Origin: Octopus vulgaris | Lineage: Eukaryota | NCBI GenBank assembly: GCA_951406725.2 | Contig: OX597819.1 | Location: forward strand, 44,020,001-44,084,000 | DNA: 64,000 nt | Direction: 5' to 3' | The notes under the pieces: generated by a model | Told to the model about the DNA's origin: nothing | What the model saw: only the letters and a program-made list of their open reading frames with translations | Database searches by the model: none | Made by a program: the position numbers and the translations under genes | In this document: piece by piece, positions 1-13,904 of the stretch | Layout of the letters: the number at the start of each line of letters is the position of its first letter | How positions within the stretch are numbered: the first letter of the stretch is position 1

Positions 1-753
1 TGGAGGTTACGCCATACTTTACGATTGGCACTCGGGGTTCATTTTCCTGAAGAAAATAAAGGCTAATTGTAAGAGTACAAACTTTCTCTGCTGATAGCAT
101 TTTACGATAAAAAAAAATATATTAGTTTCAAATTTTTGTACAAGGCTAGCACTTTGGTGGTGATGGCTGGGTAAGTCGAGTACATCGACGCCAATTTAAA
201 ACTGGTAGTTATTTTATCGACCTCCCCCACCAAATAATGAAAGGCAAAGTCGGCCTCGGCGGAATTTGAACCCGGATTGCAAAGACGAATTCTTTCATTC
301 TTACGATCAAAAATATTAAATCTGATATACGTTGAGGAGATCAAACATTGTGTTGCTATTATTTTGAATTATGAATGAGCTTGACCAAGCGGTTAGAGTA
401 TTTGGCTCAAGATCATAACATTGTGGGTTTCATTTCTAAAGCGGGCGATGCGATTGCTTCCAAGAGCAAGTTCAGTTTACGTTGCTCCAAGGCTTCTCTG
501 TTGCAAATGTGTATCCAACCTGTTACTAATGCAGATCTCTCCCTCCTAAGCTTTGACATTTGGACATCCAAAGTTTTCTGTTGGGTAATTTATTGGGGAG
601 GCTAGAAGGTGTCTATACATGATTGCACCTAAAACAAATGGCAGAAGCATGGTAATCGTTGTCAAACCATACTCACGAGTGACAGCGAACTACTATTCTA
701 TACTATTCTGAATTACCAAAAATAATGTTAGGGTCCTTATTGTATTTGCACAG

Positions 754-876
754 CCTTTCCAGAGACGTGCATTTCCTTTGTTATTAACGACCATCTAACA
801 AGACGTAATGTTAGATTTAATGAATCTGATGGCCTTTTCATGAATAAGGACCAACAGTGGAAACGGATGCGGATTG
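754..876 (+). CDS. Candidate internal coding exon (phase 1-1) of an unidentified gene: xFPETCISFVINDHLTRRNVRFNESDGLFMNKDQQWKRMRI
   Basis: Acceptor ttattgtatttgcacAG (AG 752-753) and donor G|GTAAGT (877). Length 123 nt, only one of three frames open, non-repetitive sequence. Product not recognised. Confidence 0.6.
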
Positions 877-1416
877 GTAAGTGTCGAGTGTGCAACGACT
901 CTTAAGAAAGGCCGTCTTAACAGTACTTCAGGTCCCTGGAAAAAGCAATGTACTGGGGGCCTCGCATAAACAACCACAGCATACATAGATTAGTACAGAA
1001 CTCCTAGAATATTCATGCCTTTAGACATCATCGGTTTCGGACTGTTACTATCTCAAATAGGAACAAAAGTGTTTGTCGAAAAAGAGGTTTGAACCAGATT
1101 AAAGAATTTGGTATGAATGAAGAGAAAATTTGTTGAAGGAATTTATGAACGTCTTTCGTTGTATATTTTTTTCCTCTCACACACGAATTTCTTCCGTGTT
1201 CCACTTTACTTCGAACTATTCAACATGTAACTGTTCAAACTGAATATTTACGGCAATAAACTCATTCAGTTACAATGTACATAGAAGGGTCTAAACCGTT
1301 TACGAGCTCTGTGCCGTGTTTCCCAGACAGGCGAATAAAAAAAAACATATGTGTGATCTGTTTTTTTTTTGTTTAGAAAGAATTTTATTATTTTTTTTTT
1401 GTTTTGTTTTTTGTAG

Positions 1417-1425
1417 GTATTTATG
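1417..1425 (+). CDS. Candidate 9-nt microexon GTATTTATG (adds 3 codons, read as G-I-Y in the frame of exon 754-876)
   Basis: About 25-nt T-rich tract then tgtAG (1415-1416), followed by GTAAGT (1426-1431). Frame-preserving and stop-free in phase 1. Confidence 0.55.
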
Positions 1426-1759
1426 GTAAGTAATTAATAGATAGGTAGGTAGTTATAAATCTGCTTTAATGACTTGTGAAATGCAATGACTAACTGCATT
1501 AAATAAAATATTTACAGCGTTCGAACAAAACGGAGAGTTTTGATCACTGCTGTGTATTTGTGTCGTTTACTTTGATGTTGAAAAAGAAAGTCGTTTATCA
1601 ATTACCAGAATTGCTAGGTAAAAAAAAGTAATATCACAATGACTACCATTAAGCTTTTTTGTTATCAAAGCAAACGTACCATTAATAGTGGTAGTAATAC
1701 GAGTGTTCTTTTGAGGGCGGTGGTTGAATGAAATGCTAAAGTGCTGGACAAAAATGACG

Positions 1760-2160
1760 TGCCATATCCAGTCAGTTACGTTGTCATACGTTCTGGGTTT
1801 AAATTCTTTGTGAGGCCAAACTTTACCATCCAATTCTACCAAATTTAAAATAAATACCAGTAATATACCGTGGTAGGTGTTCTCCACCAAAATTTGGCAC
1901 ATGGTAATTAGTATTCCTGACCATTTGAGGGCTTTAAATTTTGTGAGATGCCAAAAATTACCATTCATATTTCCGAATTTAAAACAAACACTAGTGATGC
2001 ATTGAGGTTGGTGCTGTTCTCCATCAAAATTTAGCACATTGTACTCCAGTGGTTAGTATTACTGACCTTTTGAAGGTATCAAATTCTGTGAGATGCCAAA
2101 CATTATCATTCATGCTTCTGAATATAAAATAAATATCAGTGATATGTCGAAGTCATCTTT
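1760..2160 (+). repeat. Degenerate tandem array (~147-bp period, 2-3 units) derived from the family B SINE
   Basis: The block aaatt(t/c)tgtgagatgccaaa..atta(c/t)cattcat recurs at ~1936 and ~2081, with a related unit at ~1800. It accounts for most of ORF 1567-2037. Confidence 0.55.
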
Positions 2161-3531
2161 TCCTTTCGTTCGGTGGTTAAAAAGTTCTCTTCGTAATCAT
2201 GTGTTTCCGGATTCGTTCCAACGTCTGGCATGTTGGGCGATTGCTTTATATTTTTAGTCTCAGAAAATTCTGAGAATGAAATTGCGAAGATGGAAATTGT
2301 AAAGAATCCCGTTGGATGAATTGTATCAGGAATTCAACGTTGCAGCTTTGTCGTAAATTGTGTCAGGGTGATTTAGCAAGAGAATTTACGTTAAAGGTGC
2401 ATGTAACAGGTGTCTCTGGAATTCTGATTCCCTTACAGGTTAATTTAATGAGCAGATAATTCATTTAATTGAACACCTGAATGCTCATCATGGAAACTGA
2501 CGGAGGATCCACTATAAAGCATCCTAGATGTGAATTGAAATCATTTTACAAGAAGACTATTTTTTTTTTTCATAAATTAAGGTTGTTTATCAATGCTAGA
2601 AACCAGTGTCTTAGAAATAATTGAGTGCCAGATTGAATGCTTTTTAATTATGTTTCATTACGTTGAGTTCAAATCCAACTGGTACTGAATTCCATTTTCT
2701 CCCTCCAGGGTCGATAGAATATGTGTATATACATATGTCAATTGACTTCTAAAAGTTTTGTACCTTTCTACCTGTGTTGGTTATTCATTTTGAGATTTTA
2801 AAATTTGTTTAGTGAAATCGTACATGGAGAGCTAAATGCTAGAGAACATTTAACTTTGACTAATTCGTCTGAAAAAATATGTACAGCTAAACAGCCGTCA
2901 CTAGCGAGCGAGTATGATTTAGTAACATGTACCATGATTTCGCTAATCGCTTTAGGTGACTAAGTAGTCACACGTATACGTAGGCAACTCTGCGGTTCCC
3001 TCTTGCTTGGCCCAGTAGAACATCAAGATTCTGACTATTGGAGAGAGAGAGAGAGAAAGATTACCTGAGTAGCACCTAACAAGTACTCATTACAGCTAAG
3101 CTAACTAAAACAAAATAGAGTGAAGGGCATTGCTCAAGGACACAACAAGCCACCCCATCTTGGAACTAAACGCGCAGGTTTATTGTTATGAACTGAACAC
3201 CCTTACTACTTGGTTATATACCTTCACAAAGCCTTTATGCTGAGTTATAATACTCATGGTGTTGATATTTTCCTCCTTTCAATCCATTGATCGAGATGTC
3301 TTTGAAATATCAATACCAGTAACATACTTCGAGATCAATATAATCGAACATCTATCTAAAAAAAAAACTACAAGCCTTGGCATTGTGTGCAAAATCAAAA
3401 GAAATCGATTTTATACAATTAATACATATTTTTGCTAAATTCTTCGATTGATTTGCAAATAGAGTTATTGCTGTAATTAACTATATCAAGAGATCGAATT
3501 AACTGACACAATTTAATTTGCCAATATGAAA

Positions 3532-3577
<46 letters not shown>

Positions 3578-3660
3578 GTGTTTATTTATATATATCTATA
3601 TGTATATATATCCATATGTATATATATGTATGCATGTACATATATATGTATGTATCTATG

Positions 3661-3724
<64 letters not shown>

Positions 3725-3925
3725 GCATATGTTACATATATATTATATCATACATTGATACTTTGTGGACTAAGATCCCCGTTCACAGGCTGCTGGTATT
3801 TATTGAGTGTTAAACACTTTCAGTGTGCAAATTAGGGACTCCTTCATAGAGTAACTGCTGCATTTGTTGGGTATATAAGCAGTTTGGATGCTTGTTTCTT
3901 TGAATATTGTCAGAATGGTGTTTAC

Positions 3926-3970
3926 GCCTCTGATGAGGACCCACTAAGGTTCGAAAAAATCGATTAAGGT
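3926..3970 (+). ncRNA. Minimal type I hammerhead ribozyme motif (Penelope-like element type)
   Basis: Stem I GCCT/AGGT; CTGATGA (3930-3936); stem II GGACC-cactaa-GGTTC; GAAA; palindromic stem III AATCGATT; cleavage-site A. Two extra A after GAAA. Confidence 0.65.
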
Positions 3971-4909
3971 TTTTTGTTCAGTCTCCGGAGAAATGGCTAA
4001 ACTTTGCCGCTTATAATTATACCATATGTTATTCATACATATCTATCTAACTATGTATATATACACATACATGCCCGACGTAGGATTAGTGGTATCCTTA
4101 GAGCGTGTTATGTGATCGATCGACCCACCTCCTCGCAGACTTCTGGCCTTGCACCAATACTAGGAACAATTATACATACACAATTTCATTTATATTTCAC
4201 GCTTCAAATGTATTTCTGACCAACCAACAAACAAACCTATTGGGGATCACGTATCAATGACCTTGTTAGAATTAGCACTGAAATATTTCTTTTAAAGAAA
4301 TATCCGTTTTAAGAAAGGGAGGATACTTGAAGAAGTTAATCCTATATAGATTTTCCGGATTCTCTTATACCGCATTCTTGGCAAGTTTGTAGAATTATGG
4401 CTAAATCCTTGTTTTAGTTTAATTGCAGAGCAAAATGAAAGTAGAATGTTTTCTTTTCCATCAAGTAAAAGGTATTGCTTATCTCAACAAACCAACACAA
4501 CTCCTCTGCAAATCTCTGCTTCGTAGACATAGCAATAAGAATCTACCGCAAAGAAAAGAAAGCAAACGTTACATAAAGTAGACTTACTTATGTTTATAAA
4601 AACAAAATAACTGGATGGTCATAGCTGGAAGACTTTTGATTACAAATCTGCTTGATCTATGTTAACCTAGGACCAAGCATCGACGCTCAACTTACAGTAA
4701 CCACGCCGTACCGCTCAGAAACTAGTTTGTGTCATTAATGGATCGAAATTATATACACTTTATGTTGTCTCCGTCCATGGACCTTGCAAATATCCAATCT
4801 AAGAACAATCTGAAGGAACCGTTGCGATTTTTCTAAATTCCTGAGGTTATCTAAGAGGCTTTTACTGTGCCATTTCTGCTGATGGTAGATTTAAATACCA
4901 TAAATCACT

Positions 4910-6120
<1,211 letters not shown>

Positions 6121-6147
6121 TTTCTTCTGCTTCTTTCCAATACTCAG

Positions 6148-6236
6148 TTCTCCAACACACATGCTGTTGTGTTCTAAATGTGTTCCATGCATATTTTTGT
6201 ATCAACAACGTTGAAGTACAAACTCAGCAACAATAA
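6148..6236 (+). CDS. Possible alternative terminal coding exon (VLQHTCCCVLNVFHAYFCINNVEVQTQQQ*)
   Basis: Pyrimidine tract tttcttctgcttctttccaatactcAG, open in phase 1, AT-rich UTR-like sequence follows. The tract abuts a CT-rich microsatellite, so chance is possible. Confidence 0.25.
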
Positions 6237-6669
6237 AGAAAAAAAAAACAACTCAGAATTTACAAAAACGCACAAAAAACAAAAAAAAAAAGCAAAAATA
6301 CATCAAAATCAATATAAATACAACGTTAATACTTTTGTATATTTATTTATTAAGTTTATTGTAAATTTTGTTGATGTTATTGTTGTTGAGAGTTTAGAAA
6401 TTATTCCTATAGGAACATACCTCACAATATTAAGTTTTCTTATATTTTTTTTTGCTTATAAATGTGTGCGTGCGTGCGTGTGTGTATATATATATATGTG
6501 TTTATGTGTGTATGTATGGGTATGTGTGTGTGTTTGCGCGTATATGTATACTATTTATGATTTTTTGTGTGTGTGTGTGTGTATGTGTGTGGGATGGGGA
6601 TGGGGTTTGAGTTTGGGGGTTGTTTGTAAGTAAACAAATCAATTAATTCCTCTCCTATAGAGGCTGAAG

Positions 6670-6927
6670 AACATCATCATCATCACCATCACCATCATCG
6701 TCGTCGTCATCACTGTCATCATCATTGTCATCGTCATCAACGCCATCGTCATCGTCATTATCATCATCATCATCACCTTCATCCCGAGTGTCATCACATC
6801 ATCGTCATCACCGTCGCATTCGTAGTCATCGTCGTCGTCGTCGTCGTGGTCCTCCTCCTCACCACCACCACCATCATCATCGTCATCATCATCATCATCA
6901 ACATCATCATCTTGTAGCGATATTAGC

Positions 6928-6999
<72 letters not shown>

Positions 7000-7136
7000 G
7001 TGCTTATTGTTGTTGATAATGCTGTTGTCATCGTCGTTATTGCTGTTTGCTTCTTTCTTCGTCATTATTTTTGATTTTGTTTAGAAAGTGCGAAAAAGAA
7101 AAAAAAATAATCAACGCCACCAAAAGAAACGGTTCC

Positions 7137-7204
<68 letters not shown>

Positions 7205-7425
7205 GTTGTTGTTGTTATCATTGTTGCAAGCAAAAACTACAAAACTCATCCCCCTCCAACAACCTCCGCGAAAAAAAATAACATGCAAGAAAAAACACAA
7301 GAAAAAAAAATCTTCCGCAAAACAATTACACTGATGTCAAGAAAATATCCTCGAAACATGAAATAATCTTAAAAAAATATGATAATAATAATAATAATAA
7401 CAATAATAATAATAATAATAATAAC

Positions 7426-7460
<35 letters not shown>

Positions 7461-7465
7461 GGATG

Positions 7466-7520
<55 letters not shown>

Positions 7521-7545
7521 TAATAGTAATAATAATAATAATTAG
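6670..7545. repeat. (CAT)n/(TTA)n/(TAA)n/(GAT)n trinucleotide repeat cluster
   Basis: Visible directly. Confidence 0.95.
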
Positions 7546-7909
7546 AAAGAAGAGAGAAAAGTGTGTATCATATTTGATTTTTTCGAAAGAGTATTTATGA
7601 TAAATATATTATTAAACAAACATAAGTGTTTTACAGAAGTTATAATGCTTCTGTAGGCCCAAAGAAATTTCTCACAATATTGCATGTGTTTCATTTTGAT
7701 ACTTTTCTATGAAAACTCATATAATATAAATATACACGTAAATAGTAAACACGCATGCACAGGTACATTCATACGCGCACAACCACCTACACACATAAAT
7801 GCACACAAGTACACAAGTACACGCACACATATTTATGTACGTGTGATGCTGGGAGTGCGTATATCTACATACATTGATACATACATACATAGATACATAC
7901 ATAATACAT

Positions 7910-7991
7910 ACACACATATCTATATATATATACTATATACATATATATTTATGACGTATAGGTAAAGAAATTTATGTTACGTACATTTATA

Positions 7992-8038
<47 letters not shown>

Positions 8039-8060
8039 TATATATATGTGTGTGTGAGTG

Positions 8061-8094
<34 letters not shown>

Positions 8095-8169
8095 TATCTA
8101 TATATATATACTATATACATATATATTTATGACGTATAGGTAAAGAAATTTATGTTACGTACATTTATA

Positions 8170-8225
<56 letters not shown>

Positions 8226-8265
8226 TACATATAATATATATATATATGTGTGAGTGTATGTATAT
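7910..8265. repeat. 178-bp tandem duplication with identical unique core
   Basis: atgacgtataggtaaagaaatttatgttacgtacatttataattg occurs at 7951 and 8129. Confidence 0.9.
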
Positions 8266-8646
8266 ATATACATACTTTCATACACTCATTCACACACACA
8301 CTCACACACACACATATACATGTATACAAATAAATATACACACTCACGCACATATATATACATAGATTTTTAGATTATTGGTATACACACTGTGTGTGTA
8401 TGTCTGTGTGTATATATACATATAAGTATGTAGATATGGTTTTAAATATCTCTCTATCTATCTATCAATCTATCTATATGCATACATATATGTGCGTGTA
8501 ATTAAATATGTATTAAATATACAAAGGTAGATTGTGTGGGATGGGGGCGTTGTAGTGGATGGTGGTTGTGTGTGTGCGTACGCGTGTGTGATTATTTGCG
8601 CAATATTATTCTCGTTGCTTGTCATTCTGTCTTATCTTATTTCCAG

Positions 8647-8681
8647 GAGATTCTACACACTTGTTCAGCGTGACTACATAA
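8647..8681 (+). CDS. Candidate terminal coding exon (GDSTHLFSVTT*)
   Basis: Strong acceptor cattctgtcttatcttatttccAG|G, phase-1 compatible, TAA at 8679-8681, AATAAA at 8697-8702. Confidence 0.45.
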
Positions 8682-9199
8682 CAAGCTAAAATTAAGAATA
8701 AAGAACACATTATTCCTTCCAGGATATTACTCTACAATATAAGCATAAAGACGTAGCTAGAAACACTTAAAAGCTAAATTTATATAGGAGACAAATAGAC
8801 ATCTATCGCATATTCTAACTCCCTGACAAAGACCACTAAGGCCCAATCAAACGAGTACAAGTAAGACAACCCACCAGGGAACGGCGCCATTTTGAATAGT
8901 GATTCAAACTGATTCTCGCAGGACACGTGATAAAAACGTGTGATTCTCGCTTGGCTTTACTTGCAACTAATTTCAAACTTCCATTATGGTAAGATAATAA
9001 GGTAAGAAAAGTTCGTTTATGAGCTTTACAGCAGTGCTGTCTGCTTGAAACAATTTAGTCAAAAATCCATAAAAATCTGGTGAATTCGTTGCAATCTTTA
9101 TAAAGTGCCATGAACTTGTCATATGTTATGCTGATTTTTGCATCAGTACTCTCACAAACATCAGCATTCTCTACACAGTATGACAAGGGAAATATAACG

Positions 9200-9266
<67 letters not shown>

Positions 9267-9431
9267 GTATATATGTGTGTCTGTGTACAATATATGTACG
9301 TATATGTACACGTAAATACACACACATATATAAGCATAAATATATATGTATGTTTTTATATATATTTAAACATATATATAAGTGTATATATGCACATAAG
9401 TATTTATATATATATAAACGTGTGTATATAA

Positions 9432-9466
<35 letters not shown>

Positions 9467-9626
9467 AGTGTGTGTGTATATATGTTTATATGTATACATA
9501 TCAATATATATATACATATGCATAAGCAACTTTGCTTATGTATATATATATATATACATATACATTTATAATAGCGTGCCTATATATATACACATACATA
9601 TATACATATATATACACAGACACACA

Positions 9627-9661
<35 letters not shown>

Positions 9662-9966
9662 ATACTCACGTATAGACATATACACATGCACGCATAATAT
9701 TTGAATTTATTGTGTATTTATATTTTATGACAACCACTTCAATTAGTATCGTGTTTACTGACAGAATAAAGACCTATGAAATTACCAAGCTGATACAAAT
9801 TAGATTTTATAGAAAACCCAATAGTTAGGCGGTGGGAGCGATGGTAGTAGCGGTGGCGGAAATGGGGGAGGCGTTGTGACGGTGGCAGAGGAAGTGATGC
9901 TAGTTTTGTTACTGTGCGGTGGTTGTTTAGCTCTTTACAGTTATTTCTTTCTCCTATGGCTGTTTC

Positions 9967-10007
<41 letters not shown>

Positions 10008-10121
10008 ACGCGTGTATGTGCGTGTGCGTGTGTGTGCGTGTGTGTGTGTGCGTGCGTGTGCGTGTGTATATTCTTTTTGCGTGGCTATGTAATTATATAG
10101 ACTAACGTATGTATGTATATA

Positions 10122-10216
<95 letters not shown>

Positions 10217-10217
10217 C

Positions 10218-10274
<57 letters not shown>

Positions 10275-10469
10275 TGTATATGGTAATTTATGTGTATTTA
10301 TGTGTATATGCGGGTATATATATATACATATATATATATACCTTATACATATTTATATATTTCATGTATATACGTGTCTATATAATTACACACACGCACA
10401 TATATATGCACTGATCATGCATACACACATACTTGGTTATGCATATGTGCATTAAATAAATGTGTGTGA

Positions 10470-10516
<47 letters not shown>

Positions 10517-10527
10517 ATCTAGACACG

Positions 10528-10619
<92 letters not shown>

Positions 10620-11060
10620 TGTATGTATGTATATATTTACATGAAAATAGATCGATAAGTGGCAACTCTTCGATAATGCGTGTCTGCTTAAATGAATGTA
10701 TAAAATATTAACCAATTTTTATGTTGAAGTTTTTTGTTGTTATGTAATATTCCGTTGCTTGGTTTTGTTAGTATAAAGAAACTGAACATTACTCAACCAC
10801 ACTTGTGGCCATTATCAGTGGCGAGAATGTGTTTAACAGAGATTTAGGTTCCTGTATATTTCTGTAAATAGTTGAGTGAACACAAGTCACCGGTGATCGG
10901 CCAGAGCTTGAAACGTCTGACTGGACAGGAGAGAATGTACTGAATTATAGACATTCGGCTTTGGTAAATGTCTTTTTCTGTAGTCATTCTACTTTGGGTG
11001 TTGTATTTTTAATAGGTGACAAAATCTGTCTCGAATCTGCGTGTTATAAAGCCAAAACTT
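8682..11060 (+). promoter_or_regulatory. Putative long 3'UTR with unique islands between microsatellites
   Basis: Follows the candidate stop. Contains the Pumilio element TGTAAATA (10863-10870), GTGCCAT (9105-9111, miR-183-type seed match) and U-rich tracts. The 3' end is not defined. Confidence 0.3.
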
Positions 11061-11619
11061 ATCTAGATTCTCAAAGCATTTAAGATGACAGTAAAACGCT
11101 ATCTCGTGAAAGGGAAGCCAGTGTTTTCAAGAGTTAAACCTCCAAGTATAACGGGCAACCTTTTTCAGCTGGTCGTACTGGAATAACGTAAACTTAAGGG
11201 TCTTGCCCAAGGATGCAACATATCACCTAGACCGAGAATCGAATCCACGACCTAACGGGTGTTAATCTCAACAGCTTAACCACTAACCCACACGCCTTAA
11301 TAATAGATCATGAAACACGAAAAACAAGTCTTAAGAGCAACTTACTTCGTAGAACCGTTGATGACGCTGAAGAGTCTACCATACGGCCGGTAGCCGAAGG
11401 TTTTTGTAAACCCTTGAAGACTAAAGGAAAAGTCAGCCACGTCGAGATTTGAACTAAGTGCATAAAAAACTAAATACTAATTACTAATGATTATTTATCC
11501 GATACCTTGACAATTCTGCCATCATTAAATAAGTACCGCTGGAATAATATACCCTGTTAGTTGTCACTCAATCGAGTATGACTTACCTATCTCATAAATA
11601 TCACTTTATTCCCGTTTTA

Positions 11620-12200
11620 AGTGTCCACGTTGAAAGGAGCAGACACAAGACCCTCTCTCACTCCTCGCCCCTTTTAAACCAGTCGTGAGACTTCAAAGAT
11701 ATTGTAGCTGGAGGGAGAGACGAGTGCAGATATTTAATCCGTTGATGGAAGTAAAGGTGACTTTTACCACAGCACCGTCATAGGCTGCATGCAGCTTGTT
11801 ATAATATATCCACCAGAGTTTTATTATTCGAGTGACTGCATCTTTCTTTGTATCTGCTGTCGCTATTGGCCTGTACGTCAGATCATACGCTGCTAACTTT
11901 TATACCTAACTAGAAAGCGTCACGCTTTTCGCCATTTGTGGACGCTCACATCGAAAATCGACCAGTCGATTACTGGGATGGATATAAGTGAATGTTCCCT
12001 AGTCATAAGTAAAAAGAAAATTCAGTACAGATCCTCAGCCATTGACAAATATCATTGGTTACGAACAGATGCATCATGATTTCCACACATAACTTTTTCA
12101 TAGCTTGGGATCGATCTCAGGCTGGTGAATGAGACTACTTAAATCGAAACTGCAGTTCAATGACCCAGCATTGCCATAACCTGTCACGCTTATTCTGACT
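11620..12200 (-). pseudogene. Highly decayed non-LTR (RTE-like) reverse transcriptase remnant
   Basis: Minus strand reads GVREGLVSAPFN near 11625-11665, similar to the RT motif GVRQGCVLAPxLFN. GC content is higher than the flanks. Confidence 0.3.
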
Positions 12201-12282
12201 GATGGTTATGCTGACTATAATCTATCTAGGGTGGAATAATAAATAGCAGCAGTTGTAGTAGTAGCAGTAGTGTTGTTGTTGT

Positions 12283-12696
12283 TACTCTTTTACTCTTTAC
12301 TCTTTTACTTGTTTCAGTCATTTGACTGCGGCCATGCTGGAGCACCGCCTTTAGTCGAGCAAATCGACCCCGGAACTTATTCTTTGTAAGCCCAGTACTT
12401 ATTCTATCGGTCTCTTTTGCCGAACCGCTAAGTGACGGGGACGTAAACACACCAGCATCGGTTGTCAAGCAATGCTAGGGGGACAAACACTGACACACAA
12501 ACACACACATACATATATATATATATACATATATATACGAAAGGCTTCTTTCAGTTTCCGTCTACCAAATCCACTCACAAGGCATTGGTCGGCCCGGGGC
12601 TATAGCAGAAGACACTTGCTCAAGATGCCACGCAGTGGGACTGAACCCGGAACCATGTGGTTGGTTAGCAAGCTACTTACCACACAGCCACTCCTG
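12283..12696 (-). mobile_element. SINE family A (tRNA-derived head, CORE-like domain, internal (TA)/(TG) microsatellite)
   Basis: A-box-like TGGCTGTGTGG, B-box-like GGTTCAGTCCC, CORE-like CTTG(A/G)GCAAGTGTCTT, and (GAGTAAAA)n tail. About 19 copies in the window. Confidence 0.9.
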
Positions 12697-12740
12697 TTGT
12701 TCTTGGTATAATAATAATAATACTAATAATGATGATGATG

Positions 12741-12827
<87 letters not shown>

Positions 12828-12849
12828 TATTATTATTATTATTATTATT

Positions 12850-13298
12850 AAGGTGGTGAGCTGGCATGATCGTTAGCACGCCGAGCAAATTGCTTAGCGG
12901 TATTTCATCTGTCTTCGTGTTCTGAGTTCAAATTCTGCGAGGTCGACTTTCCCTTTCATCCTTTCGGTGTCGATAAATTAAGTACCAGTGAAACATTGGG
13001 GGCCGATGTAATCTACTCATCCCCCCCCCCCAAATGGCTGCCCTTGTGGGAAATTTTGAAACCATTATTATTATCATTATTAAGGCGGCGAGCTGGCAGA
13101 ATCGTTATGAAGCTGGACGAAATGCTTAACGTTATTTCGCCCGTCACTGCGTTCTGAGTTCAAATTTCGCCGAGTTCGACTCTGCTTTCATCTTTTCGGG
13201 GTCGATTAAAGAAGTATCATTTATGCACACACTGGGGTCGATGTAATCGACTTAATCCCTTCCCCCAAATTTCAGGCCTTGTGCCTACGGTAGAAAGG

Positions 13299-13300
<2 letters not shown>
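12850..13300 (+). mobile_element. Two head-to-tail copies of SINE family B (tRNA-like head, Meta-like domain, (ATT)n tail)
   Basis: AAGG(C/T)GG(C/T)GAGCTGGCA...GAGTTCAAATT...CTTTCATCCTTTCGG(G/T)GTCGAT...AAGTA, flanked by (TTA)n. Confidence 0.88.
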
Positions 13301-13393
<93 letters not shown>

Positions 13394-13833
13394 CATTAGT
13401 AGTAGTTGTAGATATATTGCAGTAATTACATACAAGTTCAATTATCAAACAACCAAAATTCGTTGCCTTAACTGCACAGTATGCGACACAATGCCGCCCC
13501 CGACTCCTTTCGTAATTCTCGATCATCAGTCAACCGCCATGTTTTTTTTTCTACTCCCACCATCTTTCTTCCTGTGCAGTTCTTGTTGTTGCTTAATCTC
13601 CTCTCCCTCGTTCGTTCAATTAACTAATAAATAATGTACATGTTTAGATGGTAAAGATTATACTGGACAACTGATAATTAGCTGATTATTGAAAGATTGT
13701 GTTTAATTACGATGCATAGTGATATGTTAGTGGGATTTATAGGATATTCATTAGAGCATTATTCACATCATCATCGTCATCATCCTCATCGTCATCATCC
13801 TCATCATCATCGTCATCATCCTCATCATCATCG

Positions 13834-13876
<43 letters not shown>

Positions 13877-13904
13877 TGCTGTTACCATTATTATCATTAT
13901 TGTT

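Noticed and set aside
754-903. Resemblance of DGLFMNKDQQWKRMR to the cytochrome P450 WxxxR helix-C region, and of GKCRVC to a piggyBac Cys-rich domain or nuclear-receptor finger
   Set aside because: The similarity is short. No other P450 exons or heme motif were found in the window, and a stop follows CRVCNDS. No gene name assigned.
11346-11420. Possible 75-nt minus-strand exon, and a plus-strand CTGAAGA...GAAG hammerhead-like string
   Set aside because: The acceptor lies in a decayed SINE B and the peptide is unrecognisable. The ribozyme-like string lacks GAAA and stem I.
12226-12711. Recurrent ORFs such as [41 protein letters not shown]
   Set aside because: Antisense translations of SINE family A; they recur because the SINE does.
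13495-13535. Minus-strand CTGATGA...GAAA...GTC hammerhead-like string
   Set aside because: Stems I, II and III cannot form in the required register.
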